Source: Octopus sinensis
Taxonomy: Eukaryota
Assembly (NCBI RefSeq): GCF_006345805.1
Contig: NW_021829751.1
Span: 1-5,949 of the forward strand
Direction of reading: 5' to 3'
DNA: 5,949 bases
The notes under the pieces were generated by a model. It was not told where the DNA came from. It saw only the letters and a list, made by a program, of their open reading frames with translations, and searched no databases. The translations under genes were made by a program, and so were the position numbers. The first letter of the stretch is position 1; the number at the start of each line of letters is the position of its first letter. Below are positions 1 to 5,628 of this stretch, in pieces.

Positions 1-319
1 AAACTCGGGCCGACCAAAGCCTTGAGAGGAATTTAGTAGACGGAAACTGAAAGAAGCCCGTAGTATATATGTATATGTATATATATATGTGTGTATGTGT
101 GTGTGTGAGTTTGTGTCTCTGTGTTTGTCTCCCCAACATCGCTTGACAACCGATGCTGGTGTGTTTACGTCCTCGTAACTTAACGGTTCGGGAAAAGAGA
201 CAGATATAATAAGTACTAAGCTTACAAAGAATAAGTTCTGGGGTCGATTTGCCCGACTAAATGCGGTGCTCCAGCATGGCCGCAGTCAAATGACTGGAAC
301 AAGTAAAAGAGTAAAAGAG
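1..319 (+). mobile_element. SINE family A copy, 5' part cut by the window edge
   Basis: Collinear with 5211-5511: ctcgggccgacc...gtagacggaaactgaaagaagcccg, internal TA/TG tract (64-129), aacatcgcttgacaaccgatgctggtgtgtttacgtcc, and the same taaaagagtaaaagag tail. Confidence 0.9.
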
Positions 320-513
320 AACTACCGGAGTCGTTAAAGAGCGGGACAAATTTCGCCCGTCGCTACGTTCTGAGTTCAAATTCCGCTGAGGTCATTTTTT
401 TGCCTTTCACCTTTTCGGGGTCGATAAATTAAATACCAGCGAAACACTGCGATTGATGTAATCGACTAGTCCCCGCCCCTCAAATTCCAGGCTTTGTGCT
501 TTCACTAGATGGG
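320..513 (+). mobile_element. Older, more diverged SINE family B copy abutting the tail of the family A copy
   Basis: tttcgcccgtcgctacgttctgagttcaaattccgctgaggtc...tgcctttcaccttttcggggtcgataaattaaataccag...gatgtaatcgact aligns with 918-1032. Boundaries are approximate. Confidence 0.85.
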
Positions 514-764
514 AGGCCATTGTGCCAATAATAAATATACGCATTCGTTCTACTTCACTTCTTTGATTTTATTAGTCAATTGACCAAGCATTTAACCATT
601 TGATTAATCAATTGTTTGATTAATCCGCCAGTCAATCAATCATGTTTATCAAAGTTCTTTCGTTGCCATTCGCGACCTCATCGATAAAATACCTTCTCTG
701 CATATATCGCCAGCTACTAAGGGGTATGCTCAACTGGTTAAGGTCAAATAACCGACAAGCAGAT

Positions 765-803
765 CCCCTCAAAATCTGTTGACCTTCTGCCAAAATTTGA
801 AAC

Positions 804-861
<58 letters not shown>
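765..861 (+). mobile_element. 3' fragment of SINE family B with perfect (ATT)19 tail (805-861)
   Basis: cccctcaaaatctgttgaccttctgccaaaatttgaaacc(att)n matches cccccaaaatggctgctctgtggcaaaatttgaaacc(att)n at 1225-1317; caaaatttgaaaccattatt is identical in both. Confidence 0.75.
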
Positions 862-862
<1 letters not shown>

Positions 863-866
863 GGAA

Positions 867-1317
867 GGCGGTGAGCTGGCAGAAACGTTAGCACGCTGGG
901 CGAAATGCGTAGACGTATTTCGCCTGCCATTATGTTCTGAGTTCAAATTCCGCCGAGGTCGACTTTGCCTTTCATCCTTTCGGGGTCGATAAATTAAGTA
1001 CCAGTTAAGCACTGGGGTCGATGTAATCGACTTAATCCGTTCGTCTGTCCCTATTTGTCCCCTCTGTGTGTAGCCCCTTGTGGATAGTAAAGAAATAGGT
1101 AATTCGTCTGCCGCTACGCTCTGAGTTCAAATTCCGCCGAGGTCGACTTTGCCTTTCATCCTTTCGGGGTCGATAAATTAAGCACCAGTTACGCACTGGG
1201 GTCCATGAAATCGATTTCATCCCTCCCCCAAAATGGCTGCTCTGTGGCAAAATTTGAAACCATTATTATTATTGTTATTATTATTATTATTATTATTATT
1301 TTATTATTATTATTATT
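867..1317 (+). mobile_element. tRNA-derived SINE, family B, with internal tandem duplication and (ATT)n tail
   Basis: Head ggcggtgagctggcagaaacgttag, B-box GAGTTCAAATTCC (939-951, again 1123-1135), central gaggtcgactttgcctttcatcctttcggggtcgataaattaag twice, 3' end caaaatttgaaacc then (ATT)n 1262-1317. Homologous to 320-513 and 765-861. From memory the central block resembles a conserved metazoan SINE domain (Meta-type); this is unverified. Confidence 0.88.
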
Positions 1318-1920
1318 GGAATAATTGGATCACCCTATTATTTCCCAAAACATATAAACAAGCCAACAAGCTAATCAGCCGGTCAGCCAGTTCTATAATG
1401 AGCTGGATCGATAATAGTGAAAGAGTATTAAATTGAAGCTTTTCTAACATGTTCAAAGGTTCCCGTTACAAACAAATCAATCAGCTCTCACAGACAATAC
1501 CTATCAGTCGTAATCGATTACACCCACCTACTCCCCATGCGTAGAATATCTAAAAACAGGAACATTTTTTCTTCCTTTCAAACAAGCTGGATTTGATAAA
1601 TGTAGTCCTAGATACTCTGTACCTGAAAAAAAAAAAAAAAAGAATAAGAAAAAGGGGTGGCTACGAGTAGAATGCCTTCGATCCTAGTCACCTGGTTCAG
1701 TATTATTGATTTAGGGTTGAACAGCACTGAACCAGATGCATTAGGTAGCGTGTTCATGGCTGAAACGATTTGGATCATTAATCTGCTGGATCAAGAATGA
1801 TCTGGGTCTGAACCAGTGTTTCTTTATCATTTCCCCTCTGTGAACCCCTATGATTCCTATTTTATTCTTTTGGACCCTCATAGCTATTCAATGTTTTAAA
1901 AAATCCTATTATATTTTTAT

Positions 1921-2015
1921 ATAGACGCAGGCATGACTTATAGGCACAGACGTGGCTTATGGGCGCAGGCGTTGCTTATAAGCGCAGGTATGGCTTATGG
2001 GTGCAGCCGTGGTCG
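1921..2015 (+). repeat. Minisatellite, 5 x 19 bp, consensus ATAGGCGCAGGCGTGGCTT
   Basis: Units: atagacgcaggcatgactt / ataggcacagacgtggctt / atgggcgcaggcgttgctt / ataagcgcaggtatggctt / atgggtgcagccgtggtcg. No indels. Confidence 0.92.
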
Positions 2016-2220
2016 CCTTCATCTCAACGTCACCTCCACCACCGTCACTTTCAGTTTATCAACGCCACCAACATCAATACATACACAGCAACATTGCCCA
2101 GGTTTAACTTCACGCTGTTTGTGAATACTCACCAAGGTTAACAGCTAGCTCAACCTGCGAGATCCTTCTGTACCAAGTAACCCGGCACAGCATAGAAGCC
2201 TCAACCGTTACACGACATGT

Positions 2221-2292
2221 AACCGGCCTCTGCCTTGTGACCTCGACCTCTTTGTTCAACCGGCCTCTGCCTTGTGACCTCGACCTCTTTGT
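2221..2292 (+). repeat. Perfect 35-bp tandem duplication separated by 2 nt
   Basis: aaccggcctctgccttgtgacctcgacctctttgt at 2221-2255 and 2258-2292. Confidence 0.97.
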
Positions 2293-2431
2293 AACAGAAA
2301 TATTACTATTACGTTCCTTACTACGAACTGGTATTTTTCTCTACCTTGTATCTGAACATTCATCGAGCGTCCTGATGTAAACACTTTCTATGCTCTGTAT
2401 TTTATCTCACGCGCATACACCTTTGTTTGTG

Positions 2432-2557
2432 CACATACACGTTATTATATATTTGACGGCCTGTCTTATTGTTCTTATTATATATGAACTTATAGCCCAC
2501 ACACAGATACACTCTGTAAGCACACATACACATTATTGCATGCTTGACGGCCTGTCT
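2432..2557 (+). repeat. Degenerate tandem repeat, period about 91 bp
   Basis: 2432-2466 vs 2523-2557 match at 30/35 positions by manual count (ttgacggcctgtct identical), with weaker similarity extending upstream in both units. Confidence 0.8.
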
Positions 2558-2569
2558 ATTATTATTATT

Positions 2570-2684
2570 GAGTGAGAGAGCAGTGCATGCCATCAAAGTG
2601 ACACTGGGGTAAAATATACGAAGCCCAATATACCCATCATGACTACCCGTCTGATAAGGGTACACCAGGCACATGCATCACAAC

Positions 2685-2685
<1 letters not shown>
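2570..2685. mobile_element. Short retroposon-like fragment embedded in an (ATT)n tract
   Basis: 116-bp complex-sequence block flanked by (ATT)4 at 2558-2569 and (ATT)17 at 2686-2736, interrupting an older degenerate tandem repeat. It resembles an interspersed octopus repeat from memory. Orientation cannot be fixed from this window. Confidence 0.55.
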
Positions 2686-2738
<53 letters not shown>

Positions 2739-2739
2739 G

Positions 2740-2768
<29 letters not shown>
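2686..2768. repeat. Compound microsatellite (ATT)17(ATGT)8
   Basis: Read directly: ATT 2686-2736, ATGT 2737-2768. Confidence 0.97.
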
Positions 2769-2770
<2 letters not shown>

Positions 2771-2978
2771 TTATGTCGAACACACAGACACACACTCTGC
2801 TACCCACATGTTAACATATAAATGAAACCTTTCTCTTAAACATTCTACGGTTGTGTCGTCTTCTTATTCATTCTTGGCACTTGTATTCTTTTATCTAAAT
2901 TTTGGCTTTTACTGTAAGGCAACCGTGCGGTGTTTAAAGGAGTCATTCATTCGTCACCATCCCTTTTCGTATGGTCGT

Positions 2979-2981
<3 letters not shown>

Positions 2982-3015
<34 letters not shown>

Positions 3016-3072
3016 ATATATATATATATATATATATATTAATATATATATGTATATATATATATATATATT

Positions 3073-3138
<66 letters not shown>
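2982..3138. repeat. Compound microsatellite (AC)16 plus imperfect (TA)n
   Basis: Read directly; corresponds to the internal tract of the inverted family A SINE. Confidence 0.97.
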
Positions 3139-3139
<1 letters not shown>

Positions 3140-3246
3140 GATGGGTTTCTTACAGTTTCCGTCTACCTAATCCATTCACAAGGCTTTGGTCGGCCCGAGG
3201 TGCCTCACAAAAAGACTGAACTTGGAACCATGTGTTTGGGAAGCAA
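2982..3246 (-). mobile_element. SINE family A copy, inverted, truncated at both ends, with a 26-nt internal deletion and expanded internal microsatellite
   Basis: Reverse complement reads ttgcttcccaaacacatggttccaagttcagtc...ggcacctcgggccgaccaaagccttgtgaatggattaggtagacggaaactgtaagaaacccatcgtgtatata, matching 5138-5275. It then runs into (TA)n/(TG)n, with no family A similarity below 2982. Confidence 0.85.
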
Positions 3247-3651
3247 CCACGGTCGAATGGTCGCATTAGAGCTCACGCACACCACCACCGCCTCCACGCT
3301 CGTCTTGTTTCAAAATTTTCATTTCCCATTGTAAGATTTCCAATCTATAATCATTGAAAATACATAAAGAATTAAATGTTGATACAGAAGGTGATTAATC
3401 TGCAAGTAGTGTCTCCCACTCTACCTGACAAAAGAGGCTTTTGTGATTGCGCCCACTCTCACTAACTTTATACTAGAGTAAAGCATAGTGCCAACCTCGG
3501 CTATATTTGAACAGACAACAGCGGAGTAACGACCTATTTAGCTTCTACGGTGAGGTATTTAGGGCAGCATTCTATTGCCGTCCTAAGACACAGAAATTTA
3601 AAGTGTTTATTACTACCACTATAACTATCACAAAATTACTACTATATACAC

Positions 3652-3883
3652 GAGGACGCGTGGCCTTGTGGTTAGGGCGTTGCAGTTACGATCGCGAGAT
3701 CGTGGTTTCAGTTCTTAGACCGGCTGGTCCGTTGTGTTTTTGAGCAAAACACTTCATTTCACTTTGCTCTGCGATCACCTCGACACCTGACACGTGGTAC
3801 ATTGCGCACCTGTTCGGACAATGTCGATTTGATGGAGAGACAGTGAACTAATGCATATCGTTCGGTAAAAATAGCTGGACTGC
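3652..3883 (+). mobile_element. tRNA-derived SINE, family C (tRNA-Arg-like head, CORE-like segment)
   Basis: A-box TGGCCTTGTGG (3661-3671), ACG at the anticodon-equivalent position (ttACGat), B-box-like GGTTTCAGTTC (3704-3714), CORE-like gtgtttttgagcaaaacactt (3734-3754). GC/CpG-rich relative to the AT-rich flanks. Single copy in the window, so the 3' boundary is approximate. Confidence 0.75.
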
Positions 3884-3914
3884 CACACACACACACACAT
3901 ATTATATATATATA
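3884..3914. repeat. (CA)n(TA)n microsatellite
   Basis: Read directly, immediately after the family C SINE. Confidence 0.9.
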
Positions 3915-4070
3915 CAAAATGAGAAAATGGAGAAATATATCTAAATCAATCATCAACTATCAGATAATACCGCATCATATAATTTATTAAACACTACACA
4001 ATAGCAATGATATTATACATTAATACAGTACAATAATTACAATCAATATATTATATATATATATATTATA

Positions 4071-4492
4071 GTTGAAATTTACAGGAAAAATAATAGACGA
4101 ACACAAGTGTATAAACAACAAGCAGGTGTATTAGTTTGACGCTCGGGAACGTGAGAAAGTGTTTTAAGTTTCGAGTCTACGCTCTTCAACAGAAAGAAAC
4201 ACGATGAAATAAACAGAGAGAGAATTTTAAAAAATAGCTTTTAGAGTTAGCGGTCAATCATGGCGACTGGTTGGGCAAAGGTAGTTAGACAGGAGAGCTA
4301 GGAAGAAGGGGAGATAATAAAGTACTGGTGATCCCAATACGAAGGTGCTCGTGCGTGTGTGTATGTGAGAGTGTGTGTGCATGTGGATAGGGGCTGGTGA
4401 CTGACGTGTGGATGTGTGCGCGTGTAAGTGTGTCTGTCTGTAATGCGTGGGTGTGTGGATGATGGCGAGGGTGCTGGGAAGTGGTCAGTGCT
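4071..4492 (-). mobile_element. Probable non-coding terminal fragment of a Penelope-like retroelement, inserted in a TA microsatellite
   Basis: Bounded by TA-rich microsatellites on both sides (4047-4070, 4493-4553). Minus strand carries a degenerate minimal hammerhead layout at 4195-4162, a motif known from Penelope pseudo-LTRs. No RT or GIY-YIG coding sequence is visible, so the family call is inference plus recollection of similar octopus repeats. Confidence 0.55.
4162..4195 (-). ncRNA. Degenerate minimal type I hammerhead-ribozyme-like motif, probably inactive
   Basis: Minus strand: UUU-CUGUUGA-A-GAG-CGUAGA-CUC-GAAA-CU-UA-AAA, i.e. stem I / CUGANGA-like box / stem II / GAAA / UH / stem I. 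Deviations: U at the normally invariant A6, an extra A, and ACUU instead of a palindromic ACGU. Confidence 0.4.
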
Positions 4493-4512
4493 ATACACAC
4501 ACACACACACAC

Positions 4513-4553
<41 letters not shown>
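4493..4553. repeat. Compound (CA)n(TACA)n(TA)n microsatellite
   Basis: Read directly. Confidence 0.95.
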
Positions 4554-4554
<1 letters not shown>

Positions 4555-4702
4555 CACTGTAACTAAATCAATATCTATGTTCGTCAATCTTTTTCACTTT
4601 TCCTCTCCCCTGAAGATATTAGAGGTCAAAGGTCGAAGGGGTTAAATTTGCTCGACATGAAACTATACTAGAAATCTGTTGCATCGACAAAGCTATCGCT
4701 GC

Positions 4703-4731
4703 TTTGTCTCTCTCTTTCTGTCTGCCCCTCT

Positions 4732-4769
<38 letters not shown>

Positions 4770-4783
4770 TTCATCCTCTCTCC
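4703..4783. repeat. Imperfect (CT)n polypyrimidine tract
   Basis: Read directly. Confidence 0.93.
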
Positions 4784-4872
4784 ACTACCCTTCCGTCGCT
4801 TCTCTGCACAAAAATAAATAAAAATAAAAACTGGCTTTTTGCCTCATCCAAAAACAAACGGTCAGCAAAACC

Positions 4873-4922
4873 CACGCACACACACATCCACACACACACA
4901 AAATACACACACACATACACAC
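4873..4922. repeat. Imperfect (CA)n microsatellite
   Basis: Read directly. Confidence 0.9.
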
Positions 4923-5110
4923 TATAAAATAATAAGGTCAGCCATAACATAGATATCGATGCCAAGAAATTATTGATTATTGCAAAATAAACTAATCATA
5001 ATTTCTTGCATTTGGTAAAAACAAAAATAAAGCAAAAACACACAAAAAGCCGGTTTATGTGCATGTATTTGATTCAGTCGACCGGAATATTATTGCTTTT
5101 CACTGAAACA

Positions 5111-5514
5111 GCCAGGAGTGGCTGTGTGGTAAGTAGCTTGCTTACCAGTCACATGATTCCGAGTTCAGACCCAGTGCGTGGCACCTTGGGCAAGTGTCTT
5201 CTACTATAGCCTCGGGCCGACCAATGCCTTGTGAGTGGATTTAGTAGACGGAAACTGAAAGAAGCCCGTCGTATATATGTATATATATATGTGTGTGAGT
5301 GTGTATGTGTTTGTGTTTGTCCCCCCAACATCGCTTGACAACCGATGCTGGTGTGTTTACGTCCCCGTAACTTAGCGGTTCGGCAAGAGAGACCAATAGA
5401 ATAAATACTAGGCTTACAAAGAATAAGTCCCGGGGACGATTTGCTCGACTAAAGGCTGTGCTCCAGCATGACCGCAGTCAAATCACTGGAACAAATAAAA
5501 GAGTAAAAGAGTAA
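5111..5514 (+). mobile_element. Near full-length tRNA-derived SINE, family A, with a CORE-like segment
   Basis: Pol III A-box TGGCTGTGTGG (5119-5129), B-box GAGTTCAGACC (5161-5171), CORE-like ACCTTGGGCAAGT (5183-5195), internal TA/TG microsatellite (5272-5320) and a (TAAAAGAG)n tail (5496-5514). Aligns along its 3' two-thirds with 1-319 and, reverse-complemented, with 3139-3246. Confidence 0.9.
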
Positions 5515-5628
5515 TCCTGGTGGGTGAAAATAGCGGAGGTAATCTCAAATTGTTACACCGGTGGCCGGCTTTCCTTTCCTCGCGTTGTTTCTGATGCAAT
5601 TAACAACGATTCTTAATTGAAGACAACA
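5515..5628 (+). promoter_or_regulatory. Putative DTD1 core promoter / 5' UTR
   Basis: 114 bp of unique sequence between the SINE tail and the ATG, with 6 CpGs, adjacent palindromes CACCGGTG (5556-5563) and GCCGGC (5564-5569), and TCCTTTCC (5572-5579) fitting the TCT initiator consensus YYCTTTYY. The transcription start is not observable from sequence. Confidence 0.4.

Noticed and set aside
575-642. Palindromes gtcaattgac, ttgattaatcaa and gattaatc
   Set aside because: Explained by degenerate (ATCA)n/(TGAT)n low-complexity sequence in AT-rich DNA; no further support.
1655-1816. Weak similarity between 1655-1725 and 1752-1816 suggesting two decayed repeat ends
   Set aside because: Too diverged to align confidently by eye; needs a repeat-library search.
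1921-2292. 19-bp and 35-bp repeats as a CRISPR array
   Set aside because: Units are adjacent without unique spacers, there are no cas genes, and the context is eukaryotic.
3265-3330. Short minus-strand ORFs ([10 protein letters not shown]..., [14 protein letters not shown]...) near a GTGAGC donor-like site
   Set aside because: Very short, with weak exon-side donor context and no recognisable homology.
3652-3725. SINE heads (also 5111-5180 and 867-955) as tRNA genes
   Set aside because: A/B boxes are present, but acceptor and anticodon stems do not pair properly and each runs into a SINE body.
5101-5110. cactgaaaca before the SINE resembling cactggaaca (5484-5493) as a target-site duplication
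   Set aside because: The second copy lies inside the SINE body before the tail and is also present in the copy at 1-319, so it is not a TSD.
1032-5331. All 17 ORFs in the supplied track
   Set aside because: Most translate microsatellites (poly-L/Y/N, YI, HT, CV, SL runs), SINE sequence or the minisatellite. None shows a recognisable domain.
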